Below are positions 27,766 to 36,828 of a stretch of DNA of 64,000 nt, in pieces. Below the pieces are notes generated by a model. The model was not told where the DNA came from. It saw nothing but the letters and a program-made list of their open reading frames with translations, and did not search any database. Both the position numbers and the translations under genes were made by a program. The DNA lies in IMG/VR virus record IMGVR_UViG_3300049434_000028, positions 38,798-102,797 of that record; one strand, 5' to 3'. The DNA comes from a virus. Every line of letters starts with the position of its first letter. The first letter of the stretch is position 1.

Positions 27766-28736
27766 CAGCCGAATCCCTGCTCGTGCTCTTCGTGATAAAG
27801 CGAGCGCCACTCCCGACGCTTGGGGGTGTTCCCATCCTCGTGCCACTCGGTGGTGTCCTGAGCGAGCATCGGAATCTGGCCGCGCATCCCGGTGGGGTGC
27901 AGATCCTGCTGGTCGATCTTCGCCAGCGAAGCCTTGTGCGCGAGCGATGACGGCGAGTGTTCGGCCTGGTGCCCGTAGAACCCGCGGTGGAACGCACGCC
28001 GAGGGTCGTCATCCGAGAAGGTGTAAGGCTTCTCAGGCCCCGGCATCCCGTAGTGCCCGTGCCACTTCTCAGGCGAGGTGGAGAAGTTCGTCAGAGGACG
28101 CCCGCGGTGATCCCGGTAGTGAGTCTCGGCGTAGGACTCGGCGAACGACTCCTCCTGCCCAGACGCCTCAAGGTCGTCGTGATCGCGCAACGTCTTTGAA
28201 TGCGGCGTACCGAGCAGATTGCTTACGTGGTGCCCTACCTCATGAATCGTCGTGGTGCCATCAGCGTGACTGGCGCGTACGGTGATCGAAGGGCTCCACG
28301 CACCGCTGCCGGACTTGTAGTGCCCGGCCGTGTTCTTGCTGATCTGGTTGTCCTGAATCTGGAAGTAGTAGCTCGCACCACGTATGTGGTCGGTAGGAAC
28401 AGTGCTGCGCGCGAGATTGGCCACTGCCTTAGAGGTACCCTCGCGGCCGGTGCGCTCCTCCTCCGGGTACGTCTTGAAATCACGAGCAGCAGCAACCTGC
28501 GCGCTGGGCTTGCCCTTGTTCCCGCCCAGATAGGAACGGACCGTAACGCCGGAAGTCTTGTCACCCGAATCCATGGCGTCGACAACCGCATCACGGCGCT
28601 CCGGGCTGTACCCGCGCGGCCACGGCTGCCCGGCTCCGGCGCGAGGATGCCCGCCCTGGAACAGCGTGCCCTGGGAGTTGGGGGCGGCCTTGATGTTCGT
28701 CTGCATCCGCCACTGCTTGCCAACCAGATCAGCCAT
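27765..28736 (-). CDS. HExxH metallopeptidase, paralog B
   Basis: TTTIHEVGHHVS..EESFAESYAE. Confidence 0.7.
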   Translation of the reverse strand: MADLVGKQWRMQTNIKAAPNSQGTLFQGGHPRAGAGQPWPRGYSPERRDAVVDAMDSGDKTSGVTVRSYLGGNKGKPSAQVAAARDFKTYPEEERTGREGTSKAVANLARSTVPTDHIRGASYYFQIQDNQISKNTAGHYKSGSGAWSPSITVRASHADGTTTIHEVGHHVSNLLGTPHSKTLRDHDDLEASGQEESFAESYAETHYRDHRGRPLTNFSTSPEKWHGHYGMPGPEKPYTFSDDDPRRAFHRGFYGHQAEHSPSSLAHKASLAKIDQQDLHPTGMRGQIPMLAQDTTEWHEDGNTPKRREWRSLYHEEHEQGFG

Positions 28737-29541
28737 CGCCAAGCCTCCGCGCCAGACCGCCCTGCGCGACTGCCTTGGTCGACTTGCGCCCACGCAGCTC
28801 CAGCCCTACGTCGAACAGCGCGGGCTGCGCGCCCCGAGCGGCGTACGACGCGGAGGCCTTGGCCTGGCGTTCGGCGCTCGGCGAACCCACACGCTCCTTC
28901 TCGAAGTTCTTCGCGAACGTCTTGCTGGCGGCGTCGCCCATGTTGTTGGACCAGCGCAGCGGGTTGGTGGAGAAGTCGGGGCTCGGCCGCCCGCGGCGAT
29001 CCCGCCAGTTGCGCTCGGCGAAGTTCTCAGCGAAGCCCTCATCCGCGCCCTTGCGCGCCACGGTGTTGTACTCCGAGGAGGCGCGGCCGGTGATCCGGCT
29101 GACGTGGTGGCCGATCTCGTGGATGGGGGTCGTGGTGCCCTCCTGGCCAGGTGCGACCGTGACGCGCGAGAACGGGTGCTCCGTCCAGGTGGCCTGGTCC
29201 ATCCGGCGGCCGTGCTGGTACATGCCGCCGATCTGCAGCCCCGCGGCCATCCCGCGCTTGCGGCCCATGCCGGTGTCGGCGGGCTTGAACTCCAGGTCCG
29301 TCAGCCGGTTCGCCGGAGCCGTGCTGCGAGCGACGTTCTCGATGATCGCGCGCGTCTGCGGAGAGTCGCGCATTGCTGCACGCGTGCTCGGGTGAATCGA
29401 GTTGAGCACGTCGCGCTGGCGCTCGGGCGTGTACCCGCGCGGGTAACGCTGCGCGTTGTTGCCCTGGAAGAGCGTCCCCTGGCTGTTCGGGGCCGCCTTC
29501 ATGTTGGTCTGCATGCGGAACTGCTGCCCGTTCAGCGTCAT
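28729..29541 (-). CDS. HExxH metallopeptidase, paralog A
   Basis: TTPIHEIGHHVS..DEGFAENFAE. Confidence 0.7.
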   Translation of the reverse strand: MTLNGQQFRMQTNMKAAPNSQGTLFQGNNAQRYPRGYTPERQRDVLNSIHPSTRAAMRDSPQTRAIIENVARSTAPANRLTDLEFKPADTGMGRKRGMAAGLQIGGMYQHGRRMDQATWTEHPFSRVTVAPGQEGTTTPIHEIGHHVSRITGRASSEYNTVARKGADEGFAENFAERNWRDRRGRPSPDFSTNPLRWSNNMGDAASKTFAKNFEKERVGSPSAERQAKASASYAARGAQPALFDVGLELRGRKSTKAVAQGGLARRLGDG

Positions 29542-31112
29542 CGCGCGCTCCGCTGGTAGAACGGCGAGTGGGTCTGCTCCACCTCGGCCATGGTCCAGTC
29601 TTTCGTGAGGTAACAGCCGATCGCGAGAGAGTCCGGGTAGTCGTCGTGGGCCTCGGCCTCCTCTGGCGCGGCGGCCAGCAGGAACTTCCCCTGGTACTTC
29701 TTCTCCAAGTCCTTCATCTGGCCCTCGAACCGGCGCCAGGTGCGCAGACGGCGGGTCTTGGCGTGCCCCGGCCAGGACACCATCCCGCGACCGATCAGCT
29801 CCGAAAGGTGCTTCCAGCGCGCCGACTGCTCGGAGCTGGACGAGCCCATCGCCACTACCTCCAGCTCGGGCATGAGGCGCGCCAGGCGGTCCGCCACGAC
29901 GTCACCGATGCCCTGCGCGTCGATGCCGAGCTTCACACCGCTGTACGCGCGGCAGAAGTCGACGATCTTGCCGTACTGCTCCTCCCACTGGTCTCCGTGG
30001 ATCTCCAGCCAGTTCAGGACGCGGTGGTCGTAGTAGCCGAACTCATCCGGCCGCGACCAATCCACCCAGATCGCGGTGAGCACCGTGGAGTCCAGCTTGC
30101 GCGCGACGTCGAGACCGAACACGATCGGCGTGCCGTGGTAGCTCTTGACTATCTCCATCGACTTATCTGACAGTTCGTCAATTCGTTCCTCTGTCGTGAA
30201 CATGCCTCGATCGAGCAGCCACTTCAGGCAGTACGACATCTGGAACTCGTCGCTGTCCGCGCCGATGCGCGCCATCTCCTTGCGCACGAACTTCTCGTAG
30301 TTGGCGTTGTACTTGGCGCAGATCTTCCAGTCGTTCTGGAAATGACACTGCCTCGCGCCCCTGCGCGTCTGGCGTCGCTGGTTGTGCCGGATCGCCTTGT
30401 AGAAGTCCCCCTTGTGGATGTCGGGGGTGCCGGTCTTGACGATCGTGGCGTTGTAGTACGCGCCCATGGGGTGGATGCTCTTGCGAACCGTGCGCTCGTC
30501 GGCCTTCTGCGCCTCGTCGATGACGATCAGGTGGTAACTCTTCGACTCGATCGACGCCTTGGGGTTGGCGGTCTGCATACGTGCGAACGAGCCGGACTTC
30601 TTCAGCTTGATGAGCTTGCCGCCGCCCTGCACCGCGTCGTCGATCTCAGGGTCGGCCAGCATCTCCAGAGCACGATCGCTGGTCAGCCGGTTCACAATGC
30701 GCCCGTATAGCGTCTCGGCCTGGCTCTCGACGGGTGCGAACGTCCCAACCCAGAACCCGTCCACGAACTTGCCCAGCCAGATCGGGAAGATGCGCGCCAG
30801 CTTCGGCAGCAGGATCATCAGGGCCGCGACTACGTTCGCGATCGTCTCAGTCTTGCCGCTCTGGCGCGAGAACAGCGCCGTCAGCTCCTCGCCGTCGTTG
30901 ATGACGACGCTCTCGATGCACCGGTAGGCGAACTCGCGCTGGTACGGGTGCAAGGCGTGCCCGGCCAGCTCGTCCACGAAGATCAGAATCTTGGTGACGA
31001 GCTGATGGACGAAGTCCGAGTCCTCCTCGGACAGCTCTACGACGTCCTCGTCAAGAGGCACCCCCTCGTCGTCCAGAAGAGGTGCCTCGACGTCATCGAG
31101 CAGAGTGGTCAT
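29538..31112 (-). CDS. terL: Terminase large subunit
   Basis: LHPYQ, SRQSGKT (Walker A), LIVIDEAQ (Walker B), TGTP, GLDVAR..DST, HDDYPDS. Confidence 0.95.
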   Translation of the reverse strand: MTTLLDDVEAPLLDDEGVPLDEDVVELSEEDSDFVHQLVTKILIFVDELAGHALHPYQREFAYRCIESVVINDGEELTALFSRQSGKTETIANVVAALMILLPKLARIFPIWLGKFVDGFWVGTFAPVESQAETLYGRIVNRLTSDRALEMLADPEIDDAVQGGGKLIKLKKSGSFARMQTANPKASIESKSYHLIVIDEAQKADERTVRKSIHPMGAYYNATIVKTGTPDIHKGDFYKAIRHNQRRQTRRGARQCHFQNDWKICAKYNANYEKFVRKEMARIGADSDEFQMSYCLKWLLDRGMFTTEERIDELSDKSMEIVKSYHGTPIVFGLDVARKLDSTVLTAIWVDWSRPDEFGYYDHRVLNWLEIHGDQWEEQYGKIVDFCRAYSGVKLGIDAQGIGDVVADRLARLMPELEVVAMGSSSSEQSARWKHLSELIGRGMVSWPGHAKTRRLRTWRRFEGQMKDLEKKYQGKFLLAAAPEEAEAHDDYPDSLAIGCYLTKDWTMAEVEQTHSPFYQRSAR

Positions 31113-31468
31113 GCGTGCTGCTTCACGCCGATCGTCGACAGGGCGGTACCGACGACCCCATCCACTACATCGTTGACGACAGCGCCGCCCGCGGGGGTGA
31201 GCACGCCCGCAGCACCGGCCGTAGTGGTGTCGATCGCCGCTGCAACGCCTACAGCGGCGTCAGACGCCGCCGCGGTGACGGCCTTGACCACATGACTCAT
31301 CGGCGCGACCCCGTTGCGTACAGGGAACGCCAGAAGAGCCGCGATGAGCCCCCCGATCGCGCTTGTCACGCCCTTAGGGATGCCGACAAGCGTGAAGATC
31401 GCGAGAACAGCGGTGACGACAGCCATCGAAGCGACCGGCTCGGCCTTCAGCAGCTTCAGGACGTTCAT
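31109..31468 (-). CDS. Holin
   Basis: EPV..two TM helices..VRNGVAP; follows the endolysin. Confidence 0.65.
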   Translation of the reverse strand: MNVLKLLKAEPVASMAVVTAVLAIFTLVGIPKGVTSAIGGLIAALLAFPVRNGVAPMSHVVKAVTAAASDAAVGVAAAIDTTTAGAAGVLTPAGGAVVNDVVDGVVGTALSTIGVKQHA

Positions 31469-32082
31469 GCGGCTGCCCTCTGCTTCACATAGCCCCCCAG
31501 GTCGAAGATCGTGGCGCGAATGTCCTGCGGAAACCAGCTCGTATCCGAGCCCTTGCCGTGCTTGCCGGATAGCCCGAACGCGCGGCTGTAGTAGTCAACG
31601 ATCTGACTAGACGTCACCAACGAGCCCTGCGTGCTAAATCCGCCGTCTACGTACTTGCCGACCTTGATTCCGGCCTGCTTGAAGTCGTCTGCGACCGGCC
31701 CTCCGTAGTTCGGAGGAAGAGTAAATCCGTGGATGTGGTTGCTGAACAGCGGCGCATGCCGATACCAGCACGCAAAGCCGCTCTTCCGGAAGTAGCGCTG
31801 CTGATCCCATGCCGAAACGCCGTGGATCCACAGGTCCCAGACGTCGTCGTAATCGTGAGTACCGACACTGGCCGCGCATGACGTGCTGAACGGCGTCTGG
31901 AAGACCGTGATGCCCACGCCGAACTGCTTAGTGGCGCGGTAATCCAGCCGATTCATGTGGCACAGCGTGCGAAAGCCCGCCTTGACCTTCCTACCGTCAA
32001 TAACGAGCGAACAGATCTGATTCGGCTTCGGGGGGTTCTTCCAGTCGATCTTTGCCCCCGAAGCCAGTCTGACCTCGGTCAT
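31465..32082 (-). CDS. Endolysin, M15/LAS-type Zn peptidase
   Basis: SVGTHD..D.W and W.R..NHIH ligands. Confidence 0.7.
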   Translation of the reverse strand: MTEVRLASGAKIDWKNPPKPNQICSLVIDGRKVKAGFRTLCHMNRLDYRATKQFGVGITVFQTPFSTSCAASVGTHDYDDVWDLWIHGVSAWDQQRYFRKSGFACWYRHAPLFSNHIHGFTLPPNYGGPVADDFKQAGIKVGKYVDGGFSTQGSLVTSSQIVDYYSRAFGLSGKHGKGSDTSWFPQDIRATIFDLGGYVKQRAAA

Positions 32083-32459
32083 GAGGCGGGCTCGACAATC
32101 GTGTTGTCGTCCTCGTTGTCGTCGATCTCTTCCGGGTCATCGTCGCCGGGGAGATCGTCATCGTCGTCGTCCAAGTCGTCGCCGTCCACGTCGGCGTCAC
32201 CCTCGGGAAGGGGCTCGGGGTCGCCAGGAGCGCCCAGTTCCGGTGCTGCTACCTGGCCGGGGGCCTCGGCGTCGCCAGCATCGGCATCAACCGGGTCGAC
32301 AGCGTCCGCATTAGCGTCGGCATCGGTGTCAACGGTGTCGTCAGGAGGGGTCTCCATACCGGTATCGACGGTCGGGACCTCCTCCGGGGTCACTGCCTGA
32401 ATGCCCGCGTCGGGCTCGCCCTGCTCCTGGATCGTCTGCTCCGGGTTCTGCTCGGTCAT
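32079..32459 (-). CDS. Highly acidic low-complexity protein
   Basis: Asp/Glu/Pro-rich; ATGA-coupled to the endolysin. Confidence 0.55.
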   Translation of the reverse strand: MTEQNPEQTIQEQGEPDAGIQAVTPEEVPTVDTGMETPPDDTVDTDADANADAVDPVDADAGDAEAPGQVAAPELGAPGDPEPLPEGDADVDGDDLDDDDDDLPGDDDPEEIDDNEDDNTIVEPAS

Positions 32460-32529
32460 GCTTGCTCTCCCTCTGGTCGTATGTGCCGGGCACCACGGTG
32501 CCAGTAGTCCGGCCAAAGTCGCCAGAGAG

Positions 32530-33072
32530 CTACTTGACCTGGCCCCGCACGACCTGCGAGCAGTCCCTAGGCAGGAAGGTGACGTCTACCTTGGCCTGGA
32601 GCGACTTGGTGAACTGCGTCAATGCGGGATCCGGCTTGCCATCCTTGGTCGGCAACTGCTTGATCAAAACGATCATCGTGCTCCACAGGGCGGCCTGGTC
32701 CTCGCGAGAGCGGTTACCCGCCTCGCAATTCGCCGTCTGGTACTGCTGGATCACGGAAGCCTTGGCGTTGGCGTGATTGGCGCGCGTGGTGTTGGCGAAC
32801 ACCCCCACGATCGTCAACGCCAACACAATGATGATCCCTACCAACGCCTTAACGACCTTAGTCAGCTTCTTGTTGGTCGCATCAGCGCCCATAGCGATGC
32901 CGCGAGTCTCATTGGCGAACACGTCGGCCTGATGAATCTTCTCACTGAGACCCTCTACCGACTTCTGCAGACCCGCGGCGGCGGCCAAGAGCACTTCCCG
33001 CTGATCAGTACTGGCTGTTCCATGCTTACTCTTCCCCTCGGCGGCGGTGTCGGACTTCTGCGGGTCAGACAT
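32530..33072 (-). CDS. Single-TM membrane protein (lysis accessory-like)
   Basis: TM followed by C..GN..R..C ectodomain. Confidence 0.6.
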   Translation of the reverse strand: MSDPQKSDTAAEGKSKHGTASTDQREVLLAAAAGLQKSVEGLSEKIHQADVFANETRGIAMGADATNKKLTKVVKALVGIIIVLALTIVGVFANTTRANHANAKASVIQQYQTANCEAGNRSREDQAALWSTMIVLIKQLPTKDGKPDPALTQFTKSLQAKVDVTFLPRDCSQVVRGQVK

Positions 33073-33125
33073 CTTCCGCCCCCTGTCGAAGTGCTTCTGC
33101 AATCATGGTATTGACTCGGTTAAGC

Positions 33126-33356
33126 TCATCCACGATCGTCTTGGCCTCGGAGACCAGCTCCTCCACGCTCATGTCGGAGGGACTCGACCTCTGCGAGTGC
33201 AGCGGCGGCAAAGCCATCGTCATCACCCGCTTCTACGTCGAGAGCGGTCACTTTTTGGACCACCGTCTCGATCACTTCCTGCAACCGCTGGCCAAGAGAC
33301 TGCGCCTGAGCGAGCAGATCCTTAATCTCCTCGTCCGAATAGCGTTTGGCGTTCAT
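33126..33356 (-). CDS. Small helical hypothetical protein
   Basis: Coupled ORF. Confidence 0.5.
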   Translation of the reverse strand: MNAKRYSDEEIKDLLAQAQSLGQRLQEVIETVVQKVTALDVEAGDDDGFAAAALAEVESLRHERGGAGLRGQDDRG

Positions 33357-33700
33357 CGCTGATCAGGTCCCATCTTGTCGACCATTCTCTGCAACACCGG
33401 GAGCAACGCCTCGGTAGTGGTCAAGAACTTGGTAAGAGTAGGGAGAAGCTCCTTCTGGAAGGTGGAGGCCATCTCGTCGCGCTGGCCGGTGGCCTTGTCC
33501 CGCTCCACCAACGCGCGGTCTCGCTCGGCCTTGAGGTTGTCCACCGAAGGCTTGACCCAGAACAAGCCGGTGATCAGGCCCAGGATGATCAACCCCATGA
33601 CGCCGTAGTTGATCCAGCCGATGGGGTCGCCGGAAGTGGCGCCGGACGGAACATCCGAGGCGGTCCATGGCACCACCTGACCCCCCTCGAACCACGGCAA
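33353..33700 (-). CDS. TM plus coiled-coil protein (holin-like)
   Basis: YGVMGLIILGLITGLFW followed by a coiled coil. Confidence 0.55.
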   Translation of the reverse strand: MPWFEGGQVVPWTASDVPSGATSGDPIGWINYGVMGLIILGLITGLFWVKPSVDNLKAERDRALVERDKATGQRDEMASTFQKELLPTLTKFLTTTEALLPVLQRMVDKMGPDQR

Positions 33701-33746
33701 AGTGAACCAACGGCCTCACATTAACGACCGCGGGCACTCCGCGTAA

Positions 33747-33998
33747 CTAGAGGCAGACCTCCCCGCAGCCGTAGTACCCGCGGCGGGTCATGCTCCACGC
33801 CTCGAACCAATCCCGGACCTCTGCACGGTTGTACACATGCAGCCCGTGCAGTTTCGCGAGCGGCTCCGGGAAGCCGGAGGAGTCACGACGCTCCACCCAG
33901 CGAGCAACGGTCGTCCGCGAGACCTTCAGGTCTTCCGCGATCTCCCAGACCCCGACGATGTCGGCGACCTGCACCCAACCAGGTATGTGCGTCCGCAT
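33747..33998 (-). CDS. HTH DNA-binding protein (AlpA/MerR-like)
   Basis: VGVWEIAEDLKVSRTTVARW..FPEP. Confidence 0.75.
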   Translation of the reverse strand: MRTHIPGWVQVADIVGVWEIAEDLKVSRTTVARWVERRDSSGFPEPLAKLHGLHVYNRAEVRDWFEAWSMTRRGYYGCGEVCL

Positions 33999-34161
33999 CT
34001 AGAAACCACCTACAGGCATGGGAGGAGATCCTGCCCTCATACGGGCAAAATCTGGGAGAGACTTGGTCCGAGTGGTTCTGCAGTTCTAATTGACACCGAG
34101 GTCCGAGGGCCTGAGACTAGCGGTATCGGGACCCTACATCGGACCAACGGAGGCTTCAAGC

Positions 34162-34386
34162 ATGAGCGACTTACACCGCACACTCCTGCAACAGATCCAG
34201 GTGAGCGAGGATCTGGAGATCCACATCTCCCTCGTGTCCAGCCCCGGCAGCCCGGTGTTCATCGAGATCCGCAACTACATCCCGAGCCTGGACTACTACG
34301 GCCGCGGGATGATCCTGCCGCCCGGCACGCCCAAGCTGATCGCCGCCGCGCTCAACTCGGCCGTACGTCAGCAGTTCGCGTCATGA
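34162..34386 (+). CDS. PC4/YdbC-like ssDNA-binding protein
   Basis: IHISL..FIEIRNY..GRG..LP; GGAGG RBS. Confidence 0.55.
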   Translation: MSDLHRTLLQQIQVSEDLEIHISLVSSPGSPVFIEIRNYIPSLDYYGRGMILPPGTPKLIAAALNSAVRQQFAS

Positions 34387-34619
34387 AAGACGTGCGGTGC
34401 TCCGGCTGCCGCAAGCGGATCGGGGTCGGTAACGGCTCATCCACGACCGGGAAGATCTGGTGCACGGATTTCGGCTGCACCGACCTGCCCCCGGCCATGT
34501 CGCACCAGGCGCGCGACGACTACATCCGGCTCGTGCACGCGGGCGGGGGCACGGTCGCCGAGCTAGCGGCCAGCTTCGGCCTCAGCAACGCGCGTGTGCA
34601 CCAGATCCTCGCCGCCTAG
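34383..34619 (+). CDS. Zn-ribbon plus HTH protein
   Basis: CSGC..CTDFGC; TVAELAASFGLSNARVHQIL. Confidence 0.65.
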   Translation: MKDVRCSGCRKRIGVGNGSSTTGKIWCTDFGCTDLPPAMSHQARDDYIRLVHAGGGTVAELAASFGLSNARVHQILAA

Positions 34620-34894
34620 ACCGTGCGCTGGCTCAGTTCGCTGATGGCCTGAGCCAGCGCCGCTGCTTCGCGCTCTGCGTCGCCGAGCAGCGCCGCCATA
34701 CCCTCGCGCTGGCTGTCCAGCACGAGCTTTCCGATCTTCGACAGCGAGTTGTCGATCATCGTCACGAGCATGTCCGTCGACATCCCCTGCAGTCTGGCCA
34801 ACGCCTTGCCGTTGAGCGGCCCTCGCTCCGACGCAACACGCTGCGGGATGTCCTTGCGCGCCCAGCCCTGCTTCACGAGGCCTCCTGCGGCCAA
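34616..34894 (-). CDS. Hypothetical protein
   Basis: Helical ORF. Confidence 0.5.
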   Translation of the reverse strand: MAAGGLVKQGWARKDIPQRVASERGPLNGKALARLQGMSTDMLVTMIDNSLSKIGKLVLDSQREGMAALLGDAEREAAALAQAISELSQRTV

Positions 34895-35244
34895 TGGATG
34901 ATCGTCACTCCGTCAGGCAGCTCCGGCTGTGCCGGTGCGCGCCAATCACGCAGCTCCTCGGCCTCGGCCTTCATGTCGCGCGTGACCATCTCCAGCTCCT
35001 CACGCAGGCGGTCCACCTGGTCCTCCGCGCCCTCCCGTGACCACAGACCGACCAGGAGCGCCCAACGGGTGGGCCAGAGCCGGAACGAGCGCCCACGGCC
35101 CGTCCTGAAGGGCGCTTCGACCTCGTAGGCCAGAGCCGATTCCGTGATGAGGGGCATTCTGACGGTGCGTTCGTTTCTAGGGACACGCGGATAGCGCTGC
35201 ACGTACCAGTACAGCCGCCCCCAGTCGTGCGTCTCGACGGCCAT
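34873..35244 (-). CDS. Hypothetical protein
   Basis: EVEAPFRTG motif; RBS. Confidence 0.55.
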   Translation of the reverse strand: MAVETHDWGRLYWYVQRYPRVPRNERTVRMPLITESALAYEVEAPFRTGRGRSFRLWPTRWALLVGLWSREGAEDQVDRLREELEMVTRDMKAEAEELRDWRAPAQPELPDGVTIIHWPQEAS

Positions 35245-35271
35245 AGAGCACTCCTAGTCCGTATCGGGGCC

Positions 35272-35889
35272 TTAGCTTCCTGCTACCCGCTCGTAGCGGA
35301 ACTCGCCCTTGATGTTCCGGTCGATGAACCTACCTGGGCTGCGCACCTGCTTGATGCGGTACCAGATCGAGCCAGGAACCGAGAAGTAGTCGTACGTTCC
35401 GCCATCCCTGTAGACGATCCTCAACACGCGCGTCTGGCGGTTGTAGGTCATCTCGCGCGTGCGCGGGCGAGGCGGGTTAATCGAGCGCGTCGGCGAGTAG
35501 TACTCCGTCGCCGTCGGGAGCTGCGCGGTCTGTTCCGTGTCGTCCTCGTCATCGCCCCAGAGCCCGAGCTGCACCATCTCCGGCTCGGAGATCCGCTCGA
35601 TGACGCCCTCGGCGAAGGCGTCCCCCGGAGATCCCTGACCGAAGTCGTCCTGGGTCGCCGGAGTCGAGTTCGTGTCAGTGAAGACGTCCTGCGCCAGCGG
35701 CGCGCGGCCGACGCGAGAACGGTCCGAGCGCGCCTGCTGAGCGGCATTGCGCCGTAGCTGCTCCTCGTACTGCTTCGCGAGCTTGTTGGCCAGGCGCTGG
35801 CCCTGCGTTGCGCCGCGGGATACCGAGCGGCTGGACTTGACCGACGGCGTCAGCGGCTTGCGCGGCCTACGCGGCTTGTTGACCGGCAA
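35272..35889 (-). CDS. KTSC-domain protein
   Basis: Y....LRIVYRDG.TY.Y..VP..W..SPGRFI..NIKG.F.Y. Confidence 0.8.
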   Translation of the reverse strand: MPVNKPRRPRKPLTPSVKSSRSVSRGATQGQRLANKLAKQYEEQLRRNAAQQARSDRSRVGRAPLAQDVFTDTNSTPATQDDFGQGSPGDAFAEGVIERISEPEMVQLGLWGDDEDDTEQTAQLPTATEYYSPTRSINPPRPRTREMTYNRQTRVLRIVYRDGGTYDYFSVPGSIWYRIKQVRSPGRFIDRNIKGEFRYERVAGS

Positions 35890-35916
35890 CGAGTGCTCCT
35901 TGAGCTACGCGTAGAA

Positions 35917-35960
35917 GGCCCGGACCCCAGCAGCATCGAGGCGAAGCTGGGATCCGGGCC
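35917..35960 (-). terminator. GC-rich hairpin, probable terminator
   Basis: GGCCCGGA.CCCAGC / GCTGGGATCCGGGCC inverted repeat. Confidence 0.55.
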
Positions 35961-35988
35961 GTCACGCACCTGGTCCGAGTCTGGTGAA

Positions 35989-36495
35989 TCAGGCGGTCTT
36001 GGCGGCCGTCGCCGTCTTGGCCGGGGTCTTCGTGTCGTCGGCCTTCACCGCGGGGGTGTCGCCGGAGAGACGACTCTCGTCCTCGGCGCGCCGAGCCTCG
36101 GCCTCCTTGGCCGCCGCCTCGGCGTCGGAAACGAGCCGCTCGCTGATCGCCTGGCGCTGGTCCAGAATGAGCATCTCCGACGGCTCCGGCCCCTGCGGGT
36201 CGTCCTCGTCCTCAGTGACGAGGTACTCCGGGATCGCGACAGGCTGCATACCCGCACGGATCGCGATCTGCGGGTCGGGGAGCTGGTTCGGGTGGAACTT
36301 CTGGCCGGGCACGTCCTGGGGGAGTTCGAGCGACCGCGAACTCTGCACGGTCCAGCCGGTGGACGGGTCGCCCGCGTCGATGGCCCGCTGCGCGGTCACG
36401 ACATCCGCGTAGTCGGAGTAGCTCGTAGGGGGAACCGCGACGCCTGCCGTAGCAGCCGCCTCAGCATCGGTCGTGGAGGTTGCCTTGGTCGCCAT
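35989..36495 (-). CDS. Hypothetical acidic/Ala-rich protein
   Basis: AGGAAGG RBS. Confidence 0.6.
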   Translation of the reverse strand: MATKATSTTDAEAAATAGVAVPPTSYSDYADVVTAQRAIDAGDPSTGWTVQSSRSLELPQDVPGQKFHPNQLPDPQIAIRAGMQPVAIPEYLVTEDEDDPQGPEPSEMLILDQRQAISERLVSDAEAAAKEAEARRAEDESRLSGDTPAVKADDTKTPAKTATAAKTA

Positions 36496-36536
36496 TGCGA
36501 TCTTCCTTCCTGGGGATACTGCGAGTCCTGGGCAGA

Positions 36537-36824
36537 TTAGCCCTGCTCGATCTCATTCGTGCTGACAGCGTGCTCGGTGACGTCTACTACCTCGATCTCC
36601 ACGCGCGCACCGGGCCCGAACGACAGGAACGTCAGCACGTCGTCCCACAGCTCCTTGAGGTCGGCGTAGTCCTTCTCGCGCATCTTCGTGCCGTTGTGCA
36701 GGAACGTGACGCGGTTCGTCGTCTCGATCTCGCCCTGCGCCATCTGGCGCCCCTCGGCGAAGCCCTCCTGGAACGAGTCGAGCATGCTCGGCGTAGTGAC
36801 CGTTGCTGCAGTGCGTGGGTCCAT
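36537..36824 (-). CDS. Hypothetical protein
   Basis: Protein-like ORF. Confidence 0.55.
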   Translation of the reverse strand: MDPRTAATVTTPSMLDSFQEGFAEGRQMAQGEIETTNRVTFLHNGTKMREKDYADLKELWDDVLTFLSFGPGARVEIEVVDVTEHAVSTNEIEQG

Positions 36825-36828
36825 GTGG

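Noticed and set aside
26851-29541. Paralog repeats as a diversity-generating retroelement template/variable pair
   Set aside because: No reverse transcriptase in the window; divergence spans the whole genes rather than adenine-specific positions
30-31000. Long plus-strand ORFs (e.g. 8600..10561, 21005..22660, 23104..24834)
   Set aside because: Antisense shadows of well-supported minus-strand genes, typical of high-GC DNA
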